DNA from: Clostridia bacterium
Lineage (GTDB): Bacteria > Bacillota > Clostridia > RUG12999
Direction: 5' to 3'
Assembly (NCBI GenBank): GCA_045577655.1
Contig: JAZNIU010000027.1
Coordinates: 1,528-65,527 of the forward strand
DNA: 64,000 nucleotides
The notes beneath the pieces are model-generated. The model saw nothing but the letters and a program-made list of their open reading frames with translations. It searched no databases and was not told where the DNA came from. Made by a program: the position numbers and the translations under genes. Positions 46,667 to 58,695 of the stretch are shown here, piece by piece (position 1 is the first letter of the stretch; every line of letters starts with the position of its first letter).

Positions 46667-48120
46667 GTTGTTATTGTTACTGTCTGGGTGTCATCAATCC
46701 AGCCAACTGTGCAGGAGAAAGCTTCTGCAACCGCTCGGACGGGCACAAGGGTTCTGCTGCTTATAAGCTGTGGCGGAACATCAAGTTCTTTTCTTACGCC
46801 GTTTATATAAATTTCGGGTTTGCCGATTGTAAGTGAAATTGTAGTTTTACCTTGAGTTGATGTAACTGTCTGTGTAGCATCGTCCCAGTCAACGGTTGCA
46901 CCAAGTGATTCAAAAATTGCACGCAGGGGAACAAGAGTTCTGCTGTTTACAAGCTGAGGAGCAACATCAAAATTAACAGGTTTTCCGTCGATTAAAACAT
47001 CAATATATGTTTCAAACAGTACTATTCCATATTTGCCGTCTTTGCAAATTGATGCTGAAGAATTTTTAAGAGGAGAGATTGACTCGTACTGGAGAGGAAG
47101 AACAACGTTGTTCTCTTTGTCAATTATACCCCAATTATAATCTTTTGAAACAACAACGCGACCCTTTTCAAACCAGCCGGCATAAGAATATTCGGCAGGG
47201 ATGACAAGTTTTCCTTCGGTGTTTATAAAACCCCATTTTCCTCCCAAAGATACTGCTGCAAGTCCTTGCGAGAAAGTGCGGACATTGTCAAATTCAAAGT
47301 CGGTAATAAGTTTGCCGGTTTTGTCGATTGCGGCAAACAAAGTTTTGTTGCCGACTTTTTTACTTACGGCTGCAACACCTTCTGAAAAATCAGTTGCGCC
47401 GGAATATTCAAAATCAATTACGGTTTTACCTGTAGCATCAATGAACCCCCAGTTTCCATTTTTCATAACGCGGGCAAGACCATCGGAAAAACTTGTTGCC
47501 ATATCAAAATCAAAGTTAATTATTTTTTCGCCTTTGTCGTTTAAATATCCCCATTTATCTCCAATGGCTACGGCAACAATGCCATCTGAAAAACCGGAAC
47601 CGTTGTCGTATGCGGGCGGAACAATTTCCTGCCCCAGTGCATTGATATATCCGATTTTTAAGTCTTTTAAAACTGTTGCAACACCGCCTGAAAAGTCAGA
47701 AACATTGGAGTAGATAAGCGGAACCACGATTTCACCATAACAATTGATAAAACCAAATTTTCCGTTGCGACCAACTGCTGCAAGACCTTCGTGGAAATCA
47801 CTTGCCGAATCGTATGTAGCCAGAATAACCTCGGTTCCGTAACCGTTTATATATCCGTATTTATTATTTCTTTTAAAAACTGCAAGTCCCTCTGAAAAAT
47901 TACTGGTATAATCAAATGTTGGCAGAGTAAGAAACTTGCCGGAAGCATCAATAAACCCCCATTTTCCATCTTTTTCTACAGATGCAAAACCTTCGCTGAA
48001 AGGATTTGCAAAAGTATATTCGCAATTGATAATTGACATAGTCACTCCTGCACTTGCATTAAACAAAAAAGTTGACATAAAAAGTGCAGTAAGAACTAAA
48101 AGAGTAAGTATTTTTTTCAT
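46660..48120 (-). CDS. Secreted WG-repeat (KWG) protein with C-terminal copper-amine-oxidase-like N-terminal domain repeats
   Basis: Signal peptide. About 12 tandem repeats (KWGFID..G, KYGYIN, KFGFIN). Two C-terminal LVPLRAIFESLGATVDWD-type repeats. Confidence 0.7.
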   Translation of the reverse strand: MKKILTLLVLTALFMSTFLFNASAGVTMSIINCEYTFANPFSEGFASVEKDGKWGFIDASGKFLTLPTFDYTSNFSEGLAVFKRNNKYGYINGYGTEVILATYDSASDFHEGLAAVGRNGKFGFINCYGEIVVPLIYSNVSDFSGGVATVLKDLKIGYINALGQEIVPPAYDNGSGFSDGIVAVAIGDKWGYLNDKGEKIINFDFDMATSFSDGLARVMKNGNWGFIDATGKTVIDFEYSGATDFSEGVAAVSKKVGNKTLFAAIDKTGKLITDFEFDNVRTFSQGLAAVSLGGKWGFINTEGKLVIPAEYSYAGWFEKGRVVVSKDYNWGIIDKENNVVLPLQYESISPLKNSSASICKDGKYGIVLFETYIDVLIDGKPVNFDVAPQLVNSRTLVPLRAIFESLGATVDWDDATQTVTSTQGKTTISLTIGKPEIYINGVRKELDVPPQLISSRTLVPVRAVAEAFSCTVGWIDDTQTVTITTK

Positions 48121-48229
48121 AAATAAAACCTCCTTGATTTTTATGGTTTAATTATACCATCTGTAATAAGAAAATGCAATACAGTATTTTTTTATTTTAT
48201 GTGTAAATAATAACCTTTAAAGAAAGGTT

Positions 48230-49639
48230 GTGTTTTGCACGGTGAAAATACCAAAAAATATAAATGAGTCAACGAAACTATTTAAAAGTACCATAAACTT
48301 TGACAGAAATTTTGATGTCATCTTTCGTCAGTTTTATATGGGGTGCCAGAAATGTAGTATTTTTACATTAGACGGCGAGGTTAATGGTGAAGTTTTGACC
48401 CATATCCTGAAAAATCTTATGGACGTTAAATCAAAGGTGCCGCTGACCACAGACGAGATTGATAAAAAAATTATTACATTTATAGAAGTGAGCATCCAGA
48501 CAGAGCTTAAAGAAGTTGTAAATTCAATGTATGTGGGATCTGCTGTTATGTTTGTAGACGGCATTGAAGAAGCGTTTGTCATTGACGCTAAAAGTTTTCC
48601 GCAGGATAAATCAATGGAACCTGAAAAAGACAAAACCATTAGGGGTTCAAGAGATGGGTTTGGTGCCATACCCATTTTTAATGCTGCACTTATCAGGCGA
48701 AGAATACATTCGACAGAACTTATGATGGAAAAATTTTCTGTGGGCAGAAAATCTTCTTCTGATGTTATTGTTTGTTATATGGAAGGGCTCAGCGACAAGA
48801 AATTTGTTGAAGAAGTTAAAAGGAAAATTTCCGGACTTGATATACAGGGGTTGACAATGAACCAGGAGACACTGTCCGAAAATATTTTTCCTACAAAATG
48901 GTATAATCCATTTCCAAAAGTTAGATACACTGAACGTCCGGACGAGACAAGTGCAGCTCTTTTGGAAGGGAAGGTTATAATAATTACCGACAACTCTCCG
49001 TCTGTAATGATTTTGCCGGCAAAAATGATAGATTTTGTTAAAGAAGCAAACGACTACTATTTTCCGCCAATAACCGGAACATACTACAGATTTATCAAAT
49101 ATGGGCTTATGCTGTTGTCCCTTCTTTTAACTCCGCTCTGGCTTGTTATTCTTGAAAATCTGGACCGACTACCCGAATGGTTTAGAATTTTTGAAATTGA
49201 CGAGCCGGTGAAAATCCCCGTATTGCTTCAAATTCTGATAATGGAGTTTGTACTTGAAATCATAAGAATTTCAACAATGAACACGCCGAACGTTCTTGGC
49301 AGTTCAATCGGTATAGTGGGCGCTCTTCTGGTAGGCGAATTTGCCGTATCGTCAGGATGGCTTTCATCTGAAACGGTGTTCTATATGTCTTTCCTTGCAA
49401 TTTCAATCTATGCAAGCCCCAACTTTGAATATGGTTATGCCACAAAATTCCTGCGGATTTTTCTTGTTTTACTGACAGGCATATTTGGCCTTATTGGTCT
49501 TGTTGCAGGACTTGCGCTAATCTTTGTAATGCTCATCACGACAAAAACTGTGGACGGAAAGAGCTACCTGCATCCTATTATACCTTTTGACTACAAAGAA
49601 CTTAAAAAATATTCTTTCAGAAGCAAGCTGAAAAGATGA
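48230..49639 (+). CDS. GerA-family spore germination receptor A subunit (lone subunit)
   Basis: The soluble N-domain (DVIFRQFYMG...IDGEVNGEVL...GSRDGFGAIPIFNAALIRRR) and a C-terminal 5-TM region match the GerAA family. The start codon is uncertain (GTG at 48230 per the ORF track). Confidence 0.75.
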   Translation: MFCTVKIPKNINESTKLFKSTINFDRNFDVIFRQFYMGCQKCSIFTLDGEVNGEVLTHILKNLMDVKSKVPLTTDEIDKKIITFIEVSIQTELKEVVNSMYVGSAVMFVDGIEEAFVIDAKSFPQDKSMEPEKDKTIRGSRDGFGAIPIFNAALIRRRIHSTELMMEKFSVGRKSSSDVIVCYMEGLSDKKFVEEVKRKISGLDIQGLTMNQETLSENIFPTKWYNPFPKVRYTERPDETSAALLEGKVIIITDNSPSVMILPAKMIDFVKEANDYYFPPITGTYYRFIKYGLMLLSLLLTPLWLVILENLDRLPEWFRIFEIDEPVKIPVLLQILIMEFVLEIIRISTMNTPNVLGSSIGIVGALLVGEFAVSSGWLSSETVFYMSFLAISIYASPNFEYGYATKFLRIFLVLLTGIFGLIGLVAGLALIFVMLITTKTVDGKSYLHPIIPFDYKELKKYSFRSKLKR

Positions 49640-49670
49640 TTGCAAGAGGCTTAAATATATGATATAATTA

Positions 49671-49710
49671 ATGCATGCAGAGTATAATGCTTTGTATGCA
49701 TTTTTGTTTT
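49671..49710 (+). terminator. Hairpin plus T-tract downstream of gerA-like gene and inside the leader of the next operon
   Basis: ATGCATGCAGAG tataatg CTTTGTATGCAT forms a 12-bp stem (two G-U pairs), followed by TTTTTGTTTT. Confidence 0.5.
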
Positions 49711-49759
49711 AACTAGTTATTAGGCTGCAACTGATAATTCTTGCTAAGGAGGAGTATTA

Positions 49760-50380
49760 GTGATAGTAAAAAAAATTTATCCTGGATATAATTTTGCTAA
49801 TTGCTATCTTGCTTTTGATAAAAAAACGCGAGAAGGGATTATGATTGACCCGGGCGGCATGGCAGACAGGCTGATCGGGGAGATAAAAAAAGAGGGCGTT
49901 GATATTAAATATATTTTTATTACTCATGCTCATTTTGACCATATAGGTGCACTTGAAGAGGTTGCTGAATATACAAAAGCAAAAGTTGTTATTTATAAGG
50001 CGGAAGAAAATGCGCTGACTGACGAAAAACTGAATCTTGCATATCTTGCCGGAGCTGTTCCAAACAGACGGGGTGCGGACATAACTGTTGGCGAAAATGA
50101 CGTGATAGAGGTGGGGGAAATGAAATTTTCTTTCATTCATACACCAGGGCATACTGCTGGAGGAATGTGCATTTTTGACGGCAAAGAGACTCTTTTTACA
50201 GGGGACACCCTTTTTTGTGGCAGCATTGGCAGAAGTGATTTCCCCGGAGGAAATTTCGGTGTACTCAAAAAGTCGCTTGAAAAGCTAATGAAACTTGATG
50301 ACAAAGTGCGGATTTATCCGGGACATGAGGAGGAATCGACAATCGGGGCTGAAAGAAAAACAAACCCGTATATAGTATGA
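49760..50380 (+). CDS. MBL-fold metallo-hydrolase (hydroxyacylglutathione-hydrolase-like)
   Basis: THAHFDHIG (HxHxDH) and a later GHTAGG motif. 206 aa. Confidence 0.8.
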   Translation: MIVKKIYPGYNFANCYLAFDKKTREGIMIDPGGMADRLIGEIKKEGVDIKYIFITHAHFDHIGALEEVAEYTKAKVVIYKAEENALTDEKLNLAYLAGAVPNRRGADITVGENDVIEVGEMKFSFIHTPGHTAGGMCIFDGKETLFTGDTLFCGSIGRSDFPGGNFGVLKKSLEKLMKLDDKVRIYPGHEEESTIGAERKTNPYIV

Positions 50381-51792
50381 TTAAGTTATATATCAGCGGA
50401 CATGATGTTTTAACTCCGCTTTCGGAAATTATACACGCTTTTACAAATGAAAAAATATTGCCAGTGAACTCTGCTGATGAAGCAGATGTTATAAGCATAA
50501 AAGAAGATTCTACCATAAAGACGATAATAAAACACGACGGCAAAACATATTATAACCAGCAATGCATTATGCAAAGCGGTGCCCGTAACTTCACGCAAAT
50601 TGTTGGCGATGCGGTGAAACTTTGCTATTACAAGCTTGCAGCGGAAATATATAACAGAAAACTTCCCTGGGGGATTATTACGGGTATCAGACCTGAAAAG
50701 CTTGTCTCTGAATTTGACAGCAAGGAGCTTGATCGTGAATTTGCCGAAAGGTTTTGTGTGTCGGACAAAAAGCTTGCACTTGCAAGATTGGTGAACGGAG
50801 TACAGTCGCCCATAAAAAAGACTGTGTCGGAAAAAGACATTTGTGTTTATATTGGAATTCCGTTTTGTCCTACAAGATGTCTTTACTGTTCTTTTGTGTC
50901 TCAACCTATGGGCAAGCAGAAAAAACTAGTGAACGGTTATGTTGAAAAGCTTATTGAAGAAATAAACTACACCGCTGAACTAATTGAAAAAAGCGACAGG
51001 AACATTCTTTCTGTTTATGTTGGTGGCGGAACGCCCAGCTCGCTTGATGAACCTTTGTTTGATCAGCTTCTTAAAACCATAAATAACAGATTTATAAAAA
51101 AGAGGATTTCCGAATTTACTGTTGAAGCGGGCAGAGCAGATACCATAACTGAGGGAAAGCTTGTTTCGATGAAAAATGCGGGTGTGACAAGAATAAGCAT
51201 AAATCCGCAGTCTATGAACAATGAAACACTTAAAAAAGTAGGTCGTAACCACACCGAGGAAGATTTTGTTTCTGCCTTTTCCCTTGCGAGAAAAATGGGA
51301 TTTGACAACATAAATACCGACCTTATTGCAGGTCTTCCCGGAGAAACAGAAGAGATGTTCAAAAGCTCTTTTGACAGACTATTAAATCTTTCGCCCGATG
51401 GGGTTACTGTTCATACTATGTGCATCAAAAGAGCAGCAGACCTTAAAACACAAACGGATAAAATTGTTACATACAATGCGGCAGAAATGGTGGACTATGC
51501 TTTTGCGCGGCTTTGCGAAACAGGTTTTGTTCCGTATTATATGTATAAACAAAAAGACACATTACTCAATCTTGAGAATGTGGGATATTCATTGCCGGGC
51601 AAGGAAAGCATATACAACATTTTTATGATGGAAGATATGGGAACGGTTTTAGGACTTGGAGCTGGCAGCGTTTCAAAAGTTTATTATCCGCAGGAAAACA
51701 GAATAGAAAGAATTTTCAATTTCAAAAATCCTGATATCTACATCTCAAGATTTGATGAAATTCTTAAGAGAAAAGAAGATTACGACCTGTAA
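50377..51792 (+). CDS. HemN/HemZ-like oxygen-independent coproporphyrinogen-III-oxidase-family radical SAM protein
   Basis: Radical SAM CxxxCxxC (CPTRCLYCSF), GGGTPS, and a long N-terminal extension typical of HemZ-type members. ATGA coupling to the upstream gene. Confidence 0.7.
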   Translation: MIKLYISGHDVLTPLSEIIHAFTNEKILPVNSADEADVISIKEDSTIKTIIKHDGKTYYNQQCIMQSGARNFTQIVGDAVKLCYYKLAAEIYNRKLPWGIITGIRPEKLVSEFDSKELDREFAERFCVSDKKLALARLVNGVQSPIKKTVSEKDICVYIGIPFCPTRCLYCSFVSQPMGKQKKLVNGYVEKLIEEINYTAELIEKSDRNILSVYVGGGTPSSLDEPLFDQLLKTINNRFIKKRISEFTVEAGRADTITEGKLVSMKNAGVTRISINPQSMNNETLKKVGRNHTEEDFVSAFSLARKMGFDNINTDLIAGLPGETEEMFKSSFDRLLNLSPDGVTVHTMCIKRAADLKTQTDKIVTYNAAEMVDYAFARLCETGFVPYYMYKQKDTLLNLENVGYSLPGKESIYNIFMMEDMGTVLGLGAGSVSKVYYPQENRIERIFNFKNPDIYISRFDEILKRKEDYDL

Positions 51793-52019
51793 TCTACCAG
51801 AATAATATCGTCGCCGATTTTTGTTATATTATTCCACGGAATGACATAGTCGTTATTTCCGCCGGAAAAAATACTTAGCAGATTGGAAGGGCCGGGGATG
51901 ACTATTGCTTCAACCGTGCCCTTCTCGTAATTTATATTAACGTCGCTTACATAACCAAGTCTTTTGCCGTCTAAAACATTTATAACCTCTTTGTTTTTAA
52001 ACTCCGAGCTTCTGTTCAT
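51780..52019 (-). CDS. YlmC/YmxH-family sporulation protein (PRC barrel)
   Basis: 79 aa. SEFKNKEVINVLDGKRLGYVSDVNINYEKG matches YmxH. Confidence 0.75.
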   Translation of the reverse strand: MNRSSEFKNKEVINVLDGKRLGYVSDVNINYEKGTVEAIVIPGPSNLLSIFSGGNNDYVIPWNNITKIGDDIILVDYRS

Positions 52020-52193
52020 AATATCACATCCTTTTCTAAATAAATATGCCGAAAAAGTGCAGATATGAATGAAAAACGGAAAGTAGTCAGAATAGATTTT
52101 TACTATGCAACAGAAAACAAGAGCTTTTTAAAGAAAATGGAAGAATTTCAAGTATAATTTAAAAATTTAAACGTTTTTGATAGGTATAAAGGC

Positions 52194-52224
52194 TTGAATA
52201 TTTTGGTAATTTTCTGTATATTAT
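52194..52224 (+). promoter_or_regulatory. Sigma-A type promoter of groESL (TTGAAT ... TATATT/TATTAT)
   Basis: -35 at 52194-52199, with an AT-rich -10 17-19 nt downstream, immediately before CIRCE. Confidence 0.5.
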
Positions 52225-52233
52225 AAATATGGT

Positions 52234-54262
<2,029 letters not shown>

Positions 54263-54280
54263 TATCATTCATAAAAACAA

Positions 54281-54317
54281 AAAGCTCTTTGCAAATTTTT
54301 GCAAAGGGCTTTTTTTA
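54281..54317 (+). terminator. Rho-independent terminator after groEL
   Basis: AAAGCTCTTTGCAAA ttt TTTGCAAAGGGCTTT followed by TTTTTTT. Confidence 0.8.
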
Positions 54318-54425
54318 TTGCAAAAATATGTATATTTATGGGAGAATTTGACGACAATAAATAAAAGGGATTAAAAAAATTTTACAGAAATTCTATATAT
54401 AAGAATAACAGAAAGGTGAAACACA

Positions 54426-54731
54426 ATGAATTTTACAATTACTAAAAGAAAGGACAAGCTGACTGTCAAAATAAACGGCGAACTTGACCATCACAATTCC
54501 CGGATGCTGAGAGAAAATGTTGACCTTGAGATTAAAGGCGGTAATATAAAAACTTTGGTTTTTGATTTTTCCGAACTTTCCTTTATGGACAGTTCCGGAA
54601 TAGGAATTATTATGGGACGTTTTCATATTATGAGCCTGTGTGGCGGGAAAGTTGTGGTTGAAAATCCTCCTGAATATGTTAAGAAAATTATATACATGTC
54701 CGGTCTTCGCGACATTGTTGATATTGCATGA
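54426..54731 (+). CDS. spoIIAA: Anti-sigma F factor antagonist SpoIIAA
   Basis: 101 aa STAS domain ([13 protein letters not shown]). First gene of the spoIIA operon. Confidence 0.85.
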   Translation: MNFTITKRKDKLTVKINGELDHHNSRMLRENVDLEIKGGNIKTLVFDFSELSFMDSSGIGIIMGRFHIMSLCGGKVVVENPPEYVKKIIYMSGLRDIVDIA

Positions 54732-55189
54732 AAGGAAAGAAGAAAATGAGAGACAAAATGAAACTTGAATTTCCCGCAAAAAGTTCCTGCGAATCTTTTG
54801 CCAGAGTGGCGGTTGCGGCTTTTGTATCAAGAATTGACCCAACGCTTGCACAAATAAACGAGATAAAAACTGCCGTTTCCGAAGGGGTTACAAACAGTAT
54901 CATTCACGGATATGAAAACGGGGATGGAATAATATACATAGAATGTGAAATTAAAGACAAAGAGGTTAAAATAATTATTGCAGACAAGGGAAAGGGAATA
55001 GAGGACATAAAACAGGCTATGACCCCTCTTTTCACAACAAATCCCGACGGAGAGAGGTCAGGTATGGGATTTACCGTTATGGAAAGCTTTATGGATAAAA
55101 TAGAAGTTAAATCTTTGCCGGGAATAGGAACACGAATTGTTATGACAAAAAATCTTGAATGCGTAGAGGAGGAGTGTAAATGTGGATAG
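54728..55189 (+). CDS. spoIIAB: Anti-sigma F factor SpoIIAB (serine kinase)
   Basis: HATPase fold ([13 protein letters not shown]...GKGIEDI). ATGA overlap with spoIIAA. Confidence 0.85.
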   Translation: MKGKKKMRDKMKLEFPAKSSCESFARVAVAAFVSRIDPTLAQINEIKTAVSEGVTNSIIHGYENGDGIIYIECEIKDKEVKIIIADKGKGIEDIKQAMTPLFTTNPDGERSGMGFTVMESFMDKIEVKSLPGIGTRIVMTKNLECVEEECKCG

Positions 55190-55898
55190 AAACACTCTTC
55201 TTGTTAAAGCATTACAGGGTGGAGATGAAAATGCTTTGGAGAGTCTGCTCTCGCAAAATGATAGACTTGTGTGGAGTGTTGTTCAGCATATGACGCAGAC
55301 CGGCTTTGAAAAAGAGGATCTGTTTCAGGTAGGGTGTATTGGTCTTATTAAAGCTGCAAAAAGATTTGATATTTCCAGAAATCTTGCTTTTTCAACCTAT
55401 GCTGTGCATATGATTATCGGAGAAATTAAACGATATATGCGCGATGACGGAATTATAAAAGTAAGCAGAAGTTTAAAAGAACTGTCATACAAGATAAAAA
55501 AGGCAAGCAACGAATATATAAAAAATACGGGGAATGAACCTACAGTTACATATCTGGCAGAAATTCTTAATAAAAGTGAAGCAGAGATTATAGAAGGAAT
55601 GGAGTCTTCAAGACTTCCTTTTTCAATAAACCAACCTGTTGGTAATGAATGTGGCGTTGCTTTAGCCGATAAAATCGCTGTGGAGGGCTCTTTTGACGAA
55701 AAAGTGTTAGATGCTGTTTCCCTTGAAGAAGCCGTAAAAACGCTTGAAAAACGAGAAAAATTTATTTTGTATATGAGATACTATAATAATAAAACGCAGG
55801 CTGAGGTTGCAGAAAAACTTGGTATTTCGCAAGTGCATGTATCAAGACTTGAAAAGAAAATTCTTGAAAAATTAAGAAAAGAAATAGCCGCATGTTAA
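55182..55898 (+). CDS. sigF: RNA polymerase sporulation sigma factor SigF
   Basis: Sigma-70 regions 2, 3 and 4 ([10 protein letters not shown]... and [14 protein letters not shown]). GTG start overlapping the spoIIAB stop, with RBS GAGGAGGAG. Confidence 0.85.
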   Translation: MDRNTLLVKALQGGDENALESLLSQNDRLVWSVVQHMTQTGFEKEDLFQVGCIGLIKAAKRFDISRNLAFSTYAVHMIIGEIKRYMRDDGIIKVSRSLKELSYKIKKASNEYIKNTGNEPTVTYLAEILNKSEAEIIEGMESSRLPFSINQPVGNECGVALADKIAVEGSFDEKVLDAVSLEEAVKTLEKREKFILYMRYYNNKTQAEVAEKLGISQVHVSRLEKKILEKLRKEIAAC

Positions 55899-55920
55899 AA
55901 AAACTTGCGGCTTTCTTTAT
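55886..55920 (+). terminator. Putative weak terminator after sigF
   Basis: AGCCGCA ...14-nt loop... TGCGGCT followed by TTCTTTAT. The stop codon lies in the loop. Confidence 0.4.
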
Positions 55921-56024
55921 CTTCATTTGAAGTGTACAACAAAAATATTGACCTGTCAAACAAAAAAGTATCAATCATTATTGATACAATGATATGATAC
56001 TCTTTTTCTCAATCAAATATTCAA

Positions 56025-57083
56025 TTACTGGGCTTTCACTTTTTGCCAGATTTCATCGTAAAAACTGTTAATCTCGTCGCTTGTGATAAACATTTCCATA
56101 TTTTGTAAATCTTCATCAAGAGGAAATGCAGCACGATTTGAAGCAAAATCCGGATGAGAATTTTTTATTTCATCATAAACCTCTGTGTGAGGAGTAGAGT
56201 AGGTAATCTCAAGACAGTTGCGGGTAGCAATCTCTTTTTCACACATAAAGTTAATAAACTTCTGTGCCAGGTCTTTCTGCTGAGATTGTTCGGTTATGCA
56301 CATAACATCAACAAACCAGTTTGAACCTTCTTTGGGAATAACATAATTAAGACTGCCTTCAGATTCAAGCATTGACTCGATGGCATTTCCTGACCAGGTT
56401 ATTGCAATGTCTGCTTCCTCGCCAAGCATTTTGTCATTTACTTCGTCAACAACATACGCCAGAACATGAGGTTTCTGTTTTATGAGAAGTTCCATAGCTT
56501 CGTTAAGCTCTTTTTCATCTGTTGAGTTAAGAGAATAACCAAGATATTTAAGAGCAGCGCCGATTGTATCTCTGTGGCTGTCTACCATAAGAATTTTTTT
56601 GCTGTATTTGTCGCTGAAAATATCTTCCCAGCTTGTGGGTGCTTCTTTTATATTGTTTGTGTTGTATAAAATACCAAGAGTGCCCCACATATACGGAACA
56701 GTATATTCGTTTTGTGGGTCATAGTACAGACCTTTAAACTTTTCGTCTATTTTTTCAAAATTTGGAATGGCAGACATATCAATTTTGCTGACAAGCTTTT
56801 CGTCTATCATACGTTTTGCCATATATTCTGATGGGAAAAGAACATCGTAAGAAGATGGGTCGGTTTTTATTTTAGCATACATTTCTTCGTTGGTAGCAAA
56901 TGTATCGTATACGACCTGAACTCCATACATTTCTTCGAATTCGTCCAGAACGGATTCGTCAATATATTCTCCCCAGTTAAATACTTTAAGTTTTGGTTTG
57001 CTGGAAGATGCACATCCCGGGAGAAGTGCAACAACCATTAAAACGGAAAGAATAACAGCTAAAAATTTTTTCAATATTACCAC
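56025..57083 (-). CDS. potD: Spermidine/putrescine ABC transporter substrate-binding lipoprotein
   Basis: Signal peptide with LPGC lipobox. PotD-family body. Last gene of the potABCD array. Confidence 0.85.
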   Translation of the reverse strand: MVILKKFLAVILSVLMVVALLPGCASSSKPKLKVFNWGEYIDESVLDEFEEMYGVQVVYDTFATNEEMYAKIKTDPSSYDVLFPSEYMAKRMIDEKLVSKIDMSAIPNFEKIDEKFKGLYYDPQNEYTVPYMWGTLGILYNTNNIKEAPTSWEDIFSDKYSKKILMVDSHRDTIGAALKYLGYSLNSTDEKELNEAMELLIKQKPHVLAYVVDEVNDKMLGEEADIAITWSGNAIESMLESEGSLNYVIPKEGSNWFVDVMCITEQSQQKDLAQKFINFMCEKEIATRNCLEITYSTPHTEVYDEIKNSHPDFASNRAAFPLDEDLQNMEMFITSDEINSFYDEIWQKVKAQ

Positions 57084-57871
57084 TCCTTTTGTTTAGGTTC
57101 TTTTTTATCTTTAAGTCTTGTGTTAACCACAATAAGCAAAAACAACACTGAAAAGAACATTATTGTTGAAAGTGCGTTTATAGACGGGTTTATACCTTTT
57201 CTTGTCATAGAATAAATCATGATGGAAAGGTTTGAAACACCCGGTCCGGTTGTGAAAAAGCTTATAACAAAATCGTCGATTGACAATGTAAAAGCAAGCA
57301 GCATTCCGGTTGCAATACCCGGCAGAAGCTCGGGCAGAATAACCTTGAAAAATGCTTTTGAGGGTGTTGCGCCCAAATCAAGTGCCGCCTCATAGGTGTT
57401 TTTGTTAAGCTGGTCAAACTTTGGTAAAAGCGACAGAATTATGTAAGGTACACTGAATGTTATGTGGGACAACAAAAGCGTCAAAAATCCGCGCGGAATT
57501 GTTAAAAACACAAAAAGTATCATCATGGAAACACCCGTAACAATATCAGGGTTAAGCATTGGAAGATATGTTGTGTTTAAAAGCAAGTTCTTGAATTTGC
57601 GGTTTTTCATTCTGTAGAGAAGCCATGCAGCAGCAAGACCGATAATAGTAGAAATTATGGAAGATATCGCTGCAATTAAAAGCGTGTTCCACAAAGCTTC
57701 CATTATAGCGCTGTTTTCAAACAGTTCTCTATACCATCTGAGAGAAAATCCACCCCATTTGTTTCTGAATTTTGAGCCGTTGAAAGAGTAGATTACCATT
57801 ATAAGAATTGGTGCATAAAGAAAAAGATACACGAGGATGGAATAGGTGTTTTTAAGCAGTTTTTTTACCAT
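57077..57871 (-). CDS. potC: Spermidine/putrescine ABC transporter permease PotC
   Basis: Six-TM permease with an EAA-type loop (YEAALDLGATPSKAF). Confidence 0.85.
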   Translation of the reverse strand: MVKKLLKNTYSILVYLFLYAPILIMVIYSFNGSKFRNKWGGFSLRWYRELFENSAIMEALWNTLLIAAISSIISTIIGLAAAWLLYRMKNRKFKNLLLNTTYLPMLNPDIVTGVSMMILFVFLTIPRGFLTLLLSHITFSVPYIILSLLPKFDQLNKNTYEAALDLGATPSKAFFKVILPELLPGIATGMLLAFTLSIDDFVISFFTTGPGVSNLSIMIYSMTRKGINPSINALSTIMFFSVLFLLIVVNTRLKDKKEPKQKEW

Positions 57872-58695
57872 AGTCCGCCACCTCCGGTCTCTTCAGCTTT
57901 TCCTTTAGGCACAACTGCCATGCTGACAAGGAGGATTATCATAACAACAACAGAAATTGCAGAAGCAAAATTCCAGTTGTTTGCATACAGGAATTGTTGT
58001 TCTATAATATCTCCTATAAGCGAAGTATGGCCTCCGCCCATAAGTCGTGAAATTACAAAAGTTGTAACAGCCGGCATAAACACCATCGAAATGCCCGAAG
58101 CAACACCGGACAAACTTAAGGGGAGAGTTACCGAAAAGAAAACTTTTACCTTGTTTGCACCAAGGTCTTGCGCCGCTTCAATAACTGAACGGTCGGTTTT
58201 GGTGAGTGAAGAATAGATTGGGAAAACCATAAAAGGTAAAAAGTTGTAAACCATACCAAGTACAACGGCGCCCTGGTTATATAAAAGTTCCAGCTTGTCA
58301 AAACCAAGTTTTACAAGAAGTGTGTTTATAAGCCCGTTATTTTCGAGTATTGTAAGCCAGGCGTATGTACGCATCAGAAAGTTCATCCACATGGGGAGAA
58401 CAAAAAGCGTAACACAAAAACTCTGGATTTTAGGTTTAAGCGAAACAAGTATCATTGCCATCGGATAGCCTATCAAAAGGCATATAATGGTTGAAATAAA
58501 TGCAAGGTAGAGTGACCTTCCGAGAGACTTTAAATAAACGTCTTCGGTAAAAAATTTTGAAAAATTGCTCCAGGTAAACCGAACCATATCGCCGTCGTTT
58601 ACGGTAATAGAATAAAATACTATAAGTGCTATAGGCAGAACGATAAAAATGAACACCCACGCAGTAAAAGTAGCGGTTAGAAGTTTATTCTTCAT
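57865..58695 (-). CDS. potB: Spermidine/putrescine ABC transporter permease PotB
   Basis: Six-TM permease with an EAA loop ([16 protein letters not shown]). Confidence 0.85.
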   Translation of the reverse strand: MKNKLLTATFTAWVFIFIVLPIALIVFYSITVNDGDMVRFTWSNFSKFFTEDVYLKSLGRSLYLAFISTIICLLIGYPMAMILVSLKPKIQSFCVTLFVLPMWMNFLMRTYAWLTILENNGLINTLLVKLGFDKLELLYNQGAVVLGMVYNFLPFMVFPIYSSLTKTDRSVIEAAQDLGANKVKVFFSVTLPLSLSGVASGISMVFMPAVTTFVISRLMGGGHTSLIGDIIEQQFLYANNWNFASAISVVVMIILLVSMAVVPKGKAEETGGGGLW

